Shown here in pieces: positions 18,064-27,029 of a stretch of 30,342 nt of DNA. The stretch's first letter is position 1, and each line of letters opens with the position of its first letter. Source of the DNA: Bdellovibrionota bacterium (GTDB lineage: Bacteria; Bdellovibrionota; UBA1018; UBA923); the NCBI GenBank assembly GCA_040754655.1, contig JBFMCE010000050.1, positions 1-30,342 on the forward strand, written 5' to 3'. A program made the translations under genes and the position numbers. The notes beneath the pieces were generated by a model. The model saw nothing but the letters and a program-made list of their open reading frames with translations. It did no database searches and was not told the DNA's origin.

Positions 18064-18819
18064 TTAAAAGATAAACTCGTCTTCTTGTTCGACGATCTTA
18101 AGATTGTCGATTTGAAGATCGTTGATCTCATTGAGCAGGGTTTGGTTGTAGCGGGGTTTGAGGTGATAGATGTACAGCGGAACGTTGGTGTGGATTTTTC
18201 GCAACTCTTCTCGAAACGTTTTAGGGGTGAAATGCCCACTGACATTTGCAACTGCCTCTTGTTCAATCGGAAACGAAATTTCCGTAAATATCGCCTTAAG
18301 TCGTTTCGTCGAATTCGTCTTTTGCCAAATCAGCTCGGTTGGACCTGTATCACCAGTGATCGTCACGGAGCTATGGGCATCTTCTAAAATAAACCCGACA
18401 GCATTGCACGGATGATTTACACTGTACATCCGAATCGTGAGGTCGTCAATTTTGATCCTCTCGCGAACAGACTTGTAAACGATGGTGGGATTCTTCTTGC
18501 TCGGGATGGCTGCAAAGTCAGGCCACAGGATATCATTGAACAAGTGCCGTTTGATATGAGCGACCACGGCGGGAACGCTTACGATGCAAAGCGGTTTTGT
18601 ACGCGCCCCGAAAATATTGTCGACCATGAAGGGCAAGTCTTTGATGTGATCGATATGAGGATGGCTGATGATGACGTAATCTATGGTTTCCTGCCGTGAA
18701 ATCGAAAGTGCCGAGGCAGCGGCGCCCGCATCAATCAAGATGCGATCGTTTACAAGAAAACTCGTGGTTCGAAGTCCGGGAGCAATTCCGCCGTCACCGC
18801 CTAGAACACGAATCTTCAA
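18064..18819 (-). CDS. MBL-fold (class II) 3',5'-cyclic nucleotide phosphodiesterase
   Basis: LIDAG, SHPHIDHI, FNDILWPDF, VNH, TGDTGPT, GHFTP, YHLKP. Confidence 0.85.
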   Translation of the reverse strand: MKIRVLGGDGGIAPGLRTTSFLVNDRILIDAGAAASALSISRQETIDYVIISHPHIDHIKDLPFMVDNIFGARTKPLCIVSVPAVVAHIKRHLFNDILWPDFAAIPSKKNPTIVYKSVRERIKIDDLTIRMYSVNHPCNAVGFILEDAHSSVTITGDTGPTELIWQKTNSTKRLKAIFTEISFPIEQEAVANVSGHFTPKTFREELRKIHTNVPLYIYHLKPRYNQTLLNEINDLQIDNLKIVEQEDEFIF

Positions 18820-18822
18820 CCG

Positions 18823-20049
18823 TCAGGTCTCCTTGACTCGTTTTCGCAACGAGCCCGACTCAAAAGCTTTTACAAAGGCATCGACGACTTCAGCGTCAAA
18901 CTGCGTGCCCCTGTATTTCGTGATCTCAGAGAAAGCGATCTTTGGGTCAAGTCCTTTTCTATAGGGACGAGTGCTCACCATCGCGTCATAAGTATCGGCA
19001 ACGCTGATGATGCTCGCGATCTTTGGAATCTCGTCGCCCTTGAGCCCATAGGGATACCCTTTTCCATCGGGCCGCTCGTGGTGGTACCTGGCGCCGTCAA
19101 TGACGTCCTTCAATTCGTTGACTTGAGACAAAATCTCATAGCCGATGGCCGGATGGCTTTTCATCGTTTGGTACTCTTCATCATTGAGGGCATACTGCTT
19201 CTTCAAAATCTTATCATCGATCCCTATTTTCCCGATGTCATGAAGAATCGCAGCCAACCTCAAGTTTTCTCTCTGAGTGGAAGTCAGGTTCACGTACTCC
19301 GCTATGGCCAAACTGTAGTGCAAGACTCTTTTGGTGTGCCCGCCCGTATAACGGTCTTTTGCTTCTATCGCACCCGCCATGGCTGCAGCGGTCTGAACGA
19401 AAGTTTCTTTCAGTTTCGTATAGAGTTGGGCGTTCTCGACCGCGATCGCGACTTGATGCGAAAGCGTTTCAAGGAGGCCCAAGTCTTCTTGAGTGAAGTC
19501 TCCATCTCTTTTGTTGATGGCCTCAAGAACCCCGATGACCGTGCCTTTAGCCACGACCGGAACGCACACCATGTTGAGGGTCTTGAACTTGGTTTTCTCA
19601 TCAGCCTTTTTGAAATGAAATGGGCTCTGAGCGACGTCATTCACGACGATCGACTTGCAAGTCAGCGCCACGTGCCCCGCGATGCTTTGATCGTTGATCG
19701 CCAGCCTAAAGGCTTGCTTCAGCTCTTCCCCGCTCGCACCAAGCGCCGTTTCCCAGTAGAGCTCGTTGGTGGCGGCGTCTACCAAGAGCAACGAACCTGT
19801 CGCGCAATTCAGCAGCTTGCAGGTCGCCTCAAGCGCTTTTTCCCGAACTGACTGGGTGTCGAGAGTCGAATTGAGGATCGCGCTGAACTGCGTGAGGCAT
19901 TCGAGCTGATAAACTTTGGTTTGAGTGACTGAAATGGTTTCTAGGATTTCTTTTTCAAGGCGGGAAATGATGGCAATCGCTGCTTCAAGAGATCGAGGCT
20001 CGGTCTTATGTGAATTTATTTCAACTGTTTTGAGTTTGCGGTTGGCCAT
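18823..20049 (-). CDS. GAF + HD-GYP cyclic dinucleotide phosphodiesterase
   Basis: GAF domain, then YTGGH, LHDIGKIG, HHERPDGKGYP, VADTYDAM, RPYR. Confidence 0.93.
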   Translation of the reverse strand: MANRKLKTVEINSHKTEPRSLEAAIAIISRLEKEILETISVTQTKVYQLECLTQFSAILNSTLDTQSVREKALEATCKLLNCATGSLLLVDAATNELYWETALGASGEELKQAFRLAINDQSIAGHVALTCKSIVVNDVAQSPFHFKKADEKTKFKTLNMVCVPVVAKGTVIGVLEAINKRDGDFTQEDLGLLETLSHQVAIAVENAQLYTKLKETFVQTAAAMAGAIEAKDRYTGGHTKRVLHYSLAIAEYVNLTSTQRENLRLAAILHDIGKIGIDDKILKKQYALNDEEYQTMKSHPAIGYEILSQVNELKDVIDGARYHHERPDGKGYPYGLKGDEIPKIASIISVADTYDAMVSTRPYRKGLDPKIAFSEITKYRGTQFDAEVVDAFVKAFESGSLRKRVKET

Positions 20050-20109
20050 TCGTCATCCTTGACCTTAACCAAATCCGTAAAGACTATCGCGACACGAACT
20101 TGGAGCCTT

Positions 20110-20254
20110 GCGTTTTCAAAGAGTGGCCGGTTTCTAGCAGCATCCTACTTCTAGAGAACCGGCCTCGCGGAACTTTTATGAAAATCCTTTTCCATAAATC
20201 CATCCATGGATTTAAGCTCCACAACCACTCTTTCTAGGTTAAAGGATGCTGCAC
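20110..20254 (-). ncRNA. Candidate structured, GGA-rich leader RNA
   Basis: Nested complementary segments and two GGA-loop hairpins (see findings). No known family recognised. Confidence 0.5.
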
Positions 20255-21178
20255 TCATGTCAAGTGACGGATGATAAATTCGTAAATAACTCGACGCGAC
20301 AACCCGAATCGCTTCGAAAGCGCTTTGGCAGCGTCTTTCGAGGAAACCCCTGACTTGATGAGCGCGGCAATTTCAGCCTGCTGGTCCGCGGTGAGTTCGG
20401 GGGGTTGGGGCTCTGAAACCTGCATTTGAGGTTCAAGACGTGAAGCTTCTTGCGTGAAATCGCGAGACTTTTTTTCTGGCCTAGGCACTCCTCCCATCAA
20501 TGCAATCACGCACTCGCCGCGAACCTTTTCGCGCTCTGAAAGGGTCTCAAAGATTTTCTTGGCCGAACCCTTAAGAATCTCTTCATGCACCTTTGTGAGT
20601 TCCCTTCCCAGAACCACGACTGTATCAGGCGTGTTACGACTGATGATTTCAAAGGCTCCCAGAAGTCTGTTCGACGCCTCGTAAAAAATGTGGACTAACG
20701 GATAGTTCCGCACAACCTCTAAAGTGCGTTCAACTTCTCCACGCGTCCTCGGGAAGAAGCCATGGAAAAGGAATTTCGGCGAAGGAAGGCCGCTTGCCGC
20801 GAACAACATCACCGCAGCCGATGGTCCCGGAACAACACTCACCTTTGCCCCGATTTCTTGCGCCGCCCTCACTAAGACAAACCCTGGATCACTCACCACG
20901 GGCATGCCCCCGTCGGTGCAATACGCCACGGTTTGCCCGTTTTTGAGCGCCTCCTTGATGCGCCCTAAGACCTTCGGGCCGGAATGGTCGTGAAAACTCT
21001 CTGCTCTTGTTTCGCGCTCGATGCCGTAGTGTTTCATCAAAACGTGGGTGTGCCTTGTGTCTTCACAAAACAAAAGATCAGCCTCCTTCAAGATCCGCAC
21101 GGCCCTGAAGGTCATGTCTTCCAAATTTCCCACCGGCGTTCCCACTAGGTAAAGCGTGCCGGGATCAACATCTTTCAT
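20255..21178 (-). CDS. rsmI: 16S rRNA (cytidine1402-2'-O)-methyltransferase
   Basis: LYLVGTPVGNLEDMT, CEDTR, GMPVVSDPG, VPGPSA, RELTKVHEE. Confidence 0.96.
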   Translation of the reverse strand: MKDVDPGTLYLVGTPVGNLEDMTFRAVRILKEADLLFCEDTRHTHVLMKHYGIERETRAESFHDHSGPKVLGRIKEALKNGQTVAYCTDGGMPVVSDPGFVLVRAAQEIGAKVSVVPGPSAAVMLFAASGLPSPKFLFHGFFPRTRGEVERTLEVVRNYPLVHIFYEASNRLLGAFEIISRNTPDTVVVLGRELTKVHEEILKGSAKKIFETLSEREKVRGECVIALMGGVPRPEKKSRDFTQEASRLEPQMQVSEPQPPELTADQQAEIAALIKSGVSSKDAAKALSKRFGLSRRVIYEFIIRHLT

Positions 21179-21238
21179 AAAAGCACTTCCTATCTTTGTT
21201 TGCGAATTGCGCCTTATAATAAGAACAAGGAGGCTGCC

Positions 21239-21592
21239 ATGGCAATGAAAACAAGCATTCGAAAGGATTCAGGTGCTCTGATCGTGAGCCTCGAGGGGCA
21301 TCTTGATTTCGAAACCACCGATAGTTTCAGACAAAACCTTCTCAAACTCGAAGAAGAAGCGGCAAAAAACCAGCGCGTGATCTTTGATCTTTCAGACCTT
21401 CATTTCGTGGGATCAAGCGGCATCAGCGCTTTCATCCAGGCCTTGCGCGAATTCAATTCACGGGCAGCGACCAAACCTCGTTATACTAACGTGAAAAATG
21501 AATTCAAACGCATCATCTCGGCTTTTGACGACACTGGCTCTTTCGAGTTCTGCGAGACCACCGAGCGGGCATTGAGAAGCGTAGACAACTAG
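21239..21592 (+). CDS. STAS-domain anti-sigma-factor antagonist
   Basis: LEGHLD, DLSDLHFVGSSG. SD AAGGAGG before ATG 21239; TATAAT at 21215-21220. Confidence 0.88.
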   Translation: MAMKTSIRKDSGALIVSLEGHLDFETTDSFRQNLLKLEEEAAKNQRVIFDLSDLHFVGSSGISAFIQALREFNSRAATKPRYTNVKNEFKRIISAFDDTGSFEFCETTERALRSVDN

Positions 21593-21683
21593 AGCGCGTT
21601 TTCAATTCTTTTTCTGCTGCGCCGGCCAGAATAGGCTTTAAGTTGGAATGCCTGCGTCTGCATAACGGTTCATCTCGTCGCGG

Positions 21684-22178
21684 TCAAAACTGGACCTGGA
21701 AGACGGGCGTCCATAAGACGAACTCAGCGCGCCTTGCTCCGCCTGCGGCGAGTTTACGCGCGTCTGGCAAGTCGATCAAAGAACTCTCGCGCTGATCAGG
21801 CGGAATGTAATCTTCGTAATTCTCTTCAGGCCCCTCTTCCCAATCTTCTTCCCGAGCCGGACGTTTGGGCGCGTAGGGGTTGCGCGGTCCTTGCCTGTAA
21901 TGGGTCTGCTTGTAATCGTCTTGGGTAAATACAATGTATCCGGCAAGTAAAATGCCCGCATACATGCCTGAGCTTGCGCCCATCAAGACATTTTGAAAAT
22001 TACCTAACCCCATGGCTATCGTGCCCGCACCGATCACCGCTCCAGCCGCTGCCCCATAGCCCGCCGTCTTGAACATCAGCTTAAGTCTTTTATCCAAGGC
22101 ATGAGCGCTTGAGTTAAAGCAGAAGAGTGAAAAAACAAACAAAATGGCAGTCACATTGAGGTGTTTTTTTAGGGTCAT
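21684..22178 (-). CDS. Hypothetical exported/membrane protein with Gly/Ala-rich helices
   Basis: Signal peptide ending AHA; YGAAAGAVIGAG and GASSGMYAGILLAG segments; C-terminal VFQVQF. Confidence 0.7.
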   Translation of the reverse strand: MTLKKHLNVTAILFVFSLFCFNSSAHALDKRLKLMFKTAGYGAAAGAVIGAGTIAMGLGNFQNVLMGASSGMYAGILLAGYIVFTQDDYKQTHYRQGPRNPYAPKRPAREEDWEEGPEENYEDYIPPDQRESSLIDLPDARKLAAGGARRAEFVLWTPVFQVQF

Positions 22179-22295
22179 CGTAGGTTTAGTTTAGACCAAG
22201 ATCAGGGCGCTGACGAGTCTTCGAATAATCACGCAACGCATTATATACTATAGACATTTTGTCCACTTTGTAATAGCAACAAATTCGATTTACCT

Positions 22296-24359
22296 ATGAG
22301 AATTTCAAAGCCATTTCCTCTTTTAAACGCCCTAGGCTTTTGCCTCATCCTTGCCTCTGGCCTTTATTCGGGCGAAACCTTGAGTGCCGACGCCGAGCTC
22401 GGGTCTCCTGGCTTGAAGTGCCAAAGCGCTTTACTCTCCCCCAAAGATCTTGAAGAGATGGCCCTCCGTATCTCTACCGAAAGCGATCAAAAAGATCTGC
22501 AGGCTTCTCGTTTGATGGTGCGAAGAAGCTGGCTTGAATCATTGCAAGCAGACCTTGATCCTGCGTTAGAGGGTCTATTAAAACGAAAGGTGATCTCTAG
22601 ATTTGCCCAGGCCGAAATTTACAACTCCTCTGACCCTCTTCCGCGTTGGAAGAACGAGACTGAAGCTGTCGAAGTCGAAGCCCGAAACTTCGCTGCACTT
22701 CTCATCCACCGCTTGCTTGCTGAAATAAAAGATCCCAAGACCGCTTCTGAAATTGAAATCGCCGGCAGACTTGCTCTCTTCAAAGTCAAATCAAAGACTG
22801 AGCTTGAGCATCTTTACGAGCTTCCTGTTGAAGCGTATGTGCAATTCTATGAATATCTTGTCCAAGGGATGCTTGTTTCAGACCCGCTTGTCGCCCAGAA
22901 TATTGAAAAACATTACACGTCGTGGCGGCGAAAACACCAGGTTCTTGTAGCGATGGGCCAATGGATCGGTGAATGGTTTACCAAGCGCCCTCTGCGACTG
23001 CATCCCCTCGATAAAAAAGAAGTCGTCATTCCTTCAGAAGAGGCGCCAAAGACTTCCATCCCTCTACCCGGAGATGAACTAAGTCTTACGCTTGCCCTTT
23101 CGCGGAATGAAACGCTATCGGTCAGCTGGCTAGCCCTTGGCACATTCACACCACAGCAGCGCCTCTTTCACCTCGCCATTCGAGCCTCACGCCTCAACTT
23201 AAACCAGTTAAATGAGCTTTTTCAGCGGTCTAACGCCAAAGACCTGCTGCCTTCTGAGCTTTTTCATGAGCTTCAGAAACGTCGAGAGGCCTTACAGCGC
23301 ATTAACGATGATTACACTCTCTATGATGAGCTGCGTGGTCGTCGGCTGCGAGACCGTTCTCAGCTGCAACCGATTGATGAATCTACGACAACTCTTGGGC
23401 AGTATTCTCAGGCTTTCCTTGAGAAAAACATAGACTTTATCGGCGACAGTGCCGTGCATAAAGCGCTCAGTGCGCATAATAGAAGAGGATCTGCCCGCTT
23501 TTTCTCGGCTGAAATAGTGGAAAAACTAAAAGAACGAGAGAAACTGTACAAAGAAACTGAAAGCACAAAGAGCCAGATCGAAGAGGCTAAAAAACAAAAA
23601 CCAAAGCATGAAGAAGAGCTCCGCAGTGTCAGTGCCTCTGTTGAAGCTAAGATTCATTACCTCGCCCATTTGAAAGATCGTCTTTCAAAACTTGAACTTT
23701 TTGCAGCTTCAATGGAAGCGAATTCACCCGTCAAAGATCCAATCCCATTGCTGGATGTGCATGAAGTTTTAGACGCCCTGCATACCTGGGAAAAATCAAC
23801 TGATTATTCGACACCGCTTCTTCGAATGAAAGCATTGATCGCATTCGAAGAAATCTTTAGCCCTTACGGCTCAAAGCTAGATGCCGGGGGTTTTGAACGG
23901 GCGATGGATGTTGCTTTTCGAAAAACCTCTTCCTTCATTAAGACTTCGACAGACCAAGGGGACCGGCAAGTGGTGGAGCTATTCCTGAACGTCTTTCGTC
24001 GCCATGCCCAACACATCGAAAAGACAGCAGCCACTGAAAAACAGTGGATCGCGACGTTTACCGAACACTTTGGCGTATTACTACCATCACGGAACATACA
24101 CGGCGTTTGGAGACCGATTTTAGAACAAGTTGGCGATCTTTCATGGACCACAAGACCTGCGTACGCCCGAGAAAGCGCACAAAAAGAAGTTCTGCGCGGT
24201 CAAAGAGAGCTCGAGGAAATCGAGAAAGAGGTCTCTGAAGCCAAAGAAAAACGCAAGGCCATGAGTGCAAAAATCAGCGAGCTCAAAGAAAAAATCATCG
24301 CTCTAGAAGGCAAAGAAGCAGAGCTCAGTGCGACAACGACGGTGCGTGAGGAGAAGTGA
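22296..24359 (+). CDS. Hypothetical exported alpha-helical/coiled-coil protein (paralogue 1)
   Basis: 687-aa ORF with N-terminal hydrophobic segment and two heptad-rich regions; shares motifs with the next ORF. Confidence 0.8.
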   Translation: MRISKPFPLLNALGFCLILASGLYSGETLSADAELGSPGLKCQSALLSPKDLEEMALRISTESDQKDLQASRLMVRRSWLESLQADLDPALEGLLKRKVISRFAQAEIYNSSDPLPRWKNETEAVEVEARNFAALLIHRLLAEIKDPKTASEIEIAGRLALFKVKSKTELEHLYELPVEAYVQFYEYLVQGMLVSDPLVAQNIEKHYTSWRRKHQVLVAMGQWIGEWFTKRPLRLHPLDKKEVVIPSEEAPKTSIPLPGDELSLTLALSRNETLSVSWLALGTFTPQQRLFHLAIRASRLNLNQLNELFQRSNAKDLLPSELFHELQKRREALQRINDDYTLYDELRGRRLRDRSQLQPIDESTTTLGQYSQAFLEKNIDFIGDSAVHKALSAHNRRGSARFFSAEIVEKLKEREKLYKETESTKSQIEEAKKQKPKHEEELRSVSASVEAKIHYLAHLKDRLSKLELFAASMEANSPVKDPIPLLDVHEVLDALHTWEKSTDYSTPLLRMKALIAFEEIFSPYGSKLDAGGFERAMDVAFRKTSSFIKTSTDQGDRQVVELFLNVFRRHAQHIEKTAATEKQWIATFTEHFGVLLPSRNIHGVWRPILEQVGDLSWTTRPAYARESAQKEVLRGQRELEEIEKEVSEAKEKRKAMSAKISELKEKIIALEGKEAELSATTTVREEK

Positions 24360-26512
24360 TGAGAGCGTATTGCAACGACCGCCGTATCACAGAAACAAGC
24401 CCTAAGAACAAAGGGCTTGCAACTAGAAGCCATCTCATAAGTATTTCTGTAGCGAGGGCGCACCAAAAGACACCTAACTTTCACCGTAAAAAGCAGTTCT
24501 TTCTTTTCTTTCTCTTGCTATGCATTTTAAGCCCACACAAGTCTCTTGCTACTCAGACCAAGGAATCCGAGCACTGCGAGGCTGCCCTGGTGAAGTTTGG
24601 TTCTTACCTCGATCAAAAAACGCTTGTCCAAGACCTTCTGAGCTCTGGAATTGCCAAGACTGAATTTGAGGCCGCCCAACTTGCCCGCGCATCAATAGCA
24701 GACCACCTGTACGAAGCAATGGCGCCAGAGCTGCACGAGATCATTGGCAATGGAGTCTTGCACGAGTTCCTGCAACGTTCTCTACATTTGAATAAACGTG
24801 GCCTGCTGACCAAACGCGTGAGAGATGCCGTTTACGGAGGTCTTCAGAAAGAAATTGAATTAGACAAACTCAGTAAGACTGAAAGCGGAGACACTGTGTT
24901 TTCGCTTCTTCAAGTGATTGGTGGAGGATCAATAGAAAAACCGGTTGCTCCTGAGAGCGCTGTGGCATTGCTCAAACTCAGAGACGAATATTCGTTAAGG
25001 CAACTGAGCGAGCTTCCCCTCGAAGAATATTTTAAACTTACGGACTGGCTTGAACATGTTTTGCACCTCCCGGACCACCCCTTTTTCATCGAAGCGGAAC
25101 AAAGACTTTCTCGTGGCAGGCGCTTCCTCGGCTGGCTAAAAAATGGCTATAAGATTCTCGTAAGAAGACCTGTAAAAAACGAAGCTCTTTCGATAGGCAT
25201 TGATTACACGCCTGAAAAAAACCTATGGGGCCTTGCAAGTTACAAGTTTGGCAGCGCCTATTTCGTAAAATTAGACGCTGTGATCCGAGACGCGAACCGT
25301 CTGCAAAACTCTTACTTTTTGGCCCGTTACGCTCAGTACCTTTCAAAGCAACAGCTAGACATGGTCTCCAAGTCTTTCCGATTCGATGAGATGCCCCCAA
25401 TCGTTGCCGAGCGCCTTAAGGAACAACGTGAGAGGCTTGAATCAGCGCTAAAAGATCTTGAGGTCAAAAACATGCTTCAATCGCACTTGCTCTCTGTGCC
25501 CAAAGAGCTCTTGACGGCACTTAGTGAGATTACCAACCACGAGCCCGGCAAGCTTTTAGATGAGCTTCTCAAAACCCCTGCCGCAGCAACGCTTAAGAGT
25601 GCACAAATGCTTCCTCTCAAGAAAGCGTTCTCAAGACGCACCGACCTGATCTCTAAAGAAGCCCTTGAGACTTTAGAGATGATGGCGAAACCAGAAGAAA
25701 CAAGGATTGAACTCAAACCAAGGCTCGAAGCAGTAAATAAAGAAATCAACAGGCTCGAACGTCGCCTTGGAAAAAGTGAAATCATTGAACTTGAAAGTGA
25801 CATAAAAGCGACTGACTCTGAGATTGCGGCTTTCAAAAAAATCGAAGAACAGCTTCAAGGCTTTGCTCGTGAACTGAGCACTTCCCCAGAATCTTCGAAA
25901 TCGCCATACGGCAAGATTAGCTATGGCCAACTGCTTGATGCCATTTATCGCTGGAACATGGAATTGAGAACCGGTCGCTATAAGGTCCCAGCTCAATACC
26001 AAGCAGCTCGAAAACTAAGAGAGCTCTTTAACCCTTACTCTTCATCTTTGCGACCGGAAGAATTCAAGACTGCTGTTGAAGTCTTGTTTCAACCCATAAA
26101 AGATTACTGGAGAGAATTCCCGACTGAAATAAAGATGGAGTTCATCTACACAGTCCGGCGTCACGCCCAAAACATTGCCGAACTCACTCAGGACTCCACC
26201 GATTCGGTCAAGAAAACGATCATACAAACATTCAGTCTTGACCTCGACCCTAGTACAGTGGGCGCCGATCACTATCCAATATATACCTATGAAATTCTTC
26301 CAAGTCTTTCCAGGTCGTGGCAACCCAGACCTCGCCCTACGCAAGAAGAGGTAGAAAGCGACATTCTAACGCTCCAACAGCTGATCAAGTCATTAGAGTC
26401 TAGACGCGACTTTGACGCGAAATTAATTAAAGAGCACCGCTCTGAACTTGAAAACTACCGAAAAGAAAAGGAATCGATCGAAAGCCAACTTAAAGAACTT
26501 GAGGGAAAATAA
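24356..26512 (+). CDS. Hypothetical exported alpha-helical/coiled-coil protein (paralogue 2)
   Basis: 718-aa ORF overlapping the upstream stop by 4 bp; hydrophobic FFLFFLLLCIL followed by SLA; start uncertain. Confidence 0.8.
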   Translation: MMRAYCNDRRITETSPKNKGLATRSHLISISVARAHQKTPNFHRKKQFFLFFLLLCILSPHKSLATQTKESEHCEAALVKFGSYLDQKTLVQDLLSSGIAKTEFEAAQLARASIADHLYEAMAPELHEIIGNGVLHEFLQRSLHLNKRGLLTKRVRDAVYGGLQKEIELDKLSKTESGDTVFSLLQVIGGGSIEKPVAPESAVALLKLRDEYSLRQLSELPLEEYFKLTDWLEHVLHLPDHPFFIEAEQRLSRGRRFLGWLKNGYKILVRRPVKNEALSIGIDYTPEKNLWGLASYKFGSAYFVKLDAVIRDANRLQNSYFLARYAQYLSKQQLDMVSKSFRFDEMPPIVAERLKEQRERLESALKDLEVKNMLQSHLLSVPKELLTALSEITNHEPGKLLDELLKTPAAATLKSAQMLPLKKAFSRRTDLISKEALETLEMMAKPEETRIELKPRLEAVNKEINRLERRLGKSEIIELESDIKATDSEIAAFKKIEEQLQGFARELSTSPESSKSPYGKISYGQLLDAIYRWNMELRTGRYKVPAQYQAARKLRELFNPYSSSLRPEEFKTAVEVLFQPIKDYWREFPTEIKMEFIYTVRRHAQNIAELTQDSTDSVKKTIIQTFSLDLDPSTVGADHYPIYTYEILPSLSRSWQPRPRPTQEEVESDILTLQQLIKSLESRRDFDAKLIKEHRSELENYRKEKESIESQLKELEGK

Positions 26513-26594
26513 AAGCCATCTTGCCCCAGTTGAAATCTTCTCCGCCTAAGTTCAAATTCCTGTAAGGCGCGAGTCGCTTAGACCAAGTTTGCTC

Positions 26595-26972
26595 TCAGTC
26601 CCACACATTCTTCCAATGCTCGATCTTATCTTGCACTACCCAGATCATGTCAAAACGATATGAGAACCCTTTGAATTTTGGATGGCTCAACAAGAAGTTT
26701 TGAATCGTATTCTTGATCTTTCGCCGCTTTGAAAGCCCCACGGAATACGCAAGCCACGGTGAAATTGAAGACGAAGAGCGCACTTCCACAAAAACCAGAA
26801 CCGCCTCTGGGGTGAGCAAAATCAAGTCAATCTCGCCGCCCTTCCATCTGAAGTTTCGCGCGATGAAAAACCATCCCTTTTGGGTGAGCCATTCTTCTAC
26901 CTTATTCTCTACGGCACGGCCTCGGTCAGTTGTGCTCGAGGGTTCCGGCGTGGGGTTAATTTTTTGATCCAT
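26595..26972 (-). CDS. yraN: YraN-family putative endonuclease
   Basis: GRAVE, RNFRWKGGEIDLI, VFVEVR, RFD; next to rnhB. Confidence 0.92.
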   Translation of the reverse strand: MDQKINPTPEPSSTTDRGRAVENKVEEWLTQKGWFFIARNFRWKGGEIDLILLTPEAVLVFVEVRSSSSISPWLAYSVGLSKRRKIKNTIQNFLLSHPKFKGFSYRFDMIWVVQDKIEHWKNVWD

Positions 26973-27029
26973 ACGAACTATGCGATTGCAATCACTAGAC
27001 CATCCGCGCAGTCAAAAGCGAAGGGTCTC

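Noticed and set aside
19078..19851. 257-aa plus-strand ORF
   Set aside because: Antisense shadow of the HD-GYP gene with no recognisable motifs. The same applies to the other short overlapping ORFs in the track.
20085..20125. c-di-GMP-I riboswitch (ACGCAAGGC resembles ACGCAAAGC)
   Set aside because: The GGCAAACC/GAAA-tetraloop P2 and receptor P3 architecture is not found.
21200..21238. TTG start for the STAS gene
   Set aside because: A strong SD and TATAAT lie inside this stretch, so ATG 21239 is more plausible.
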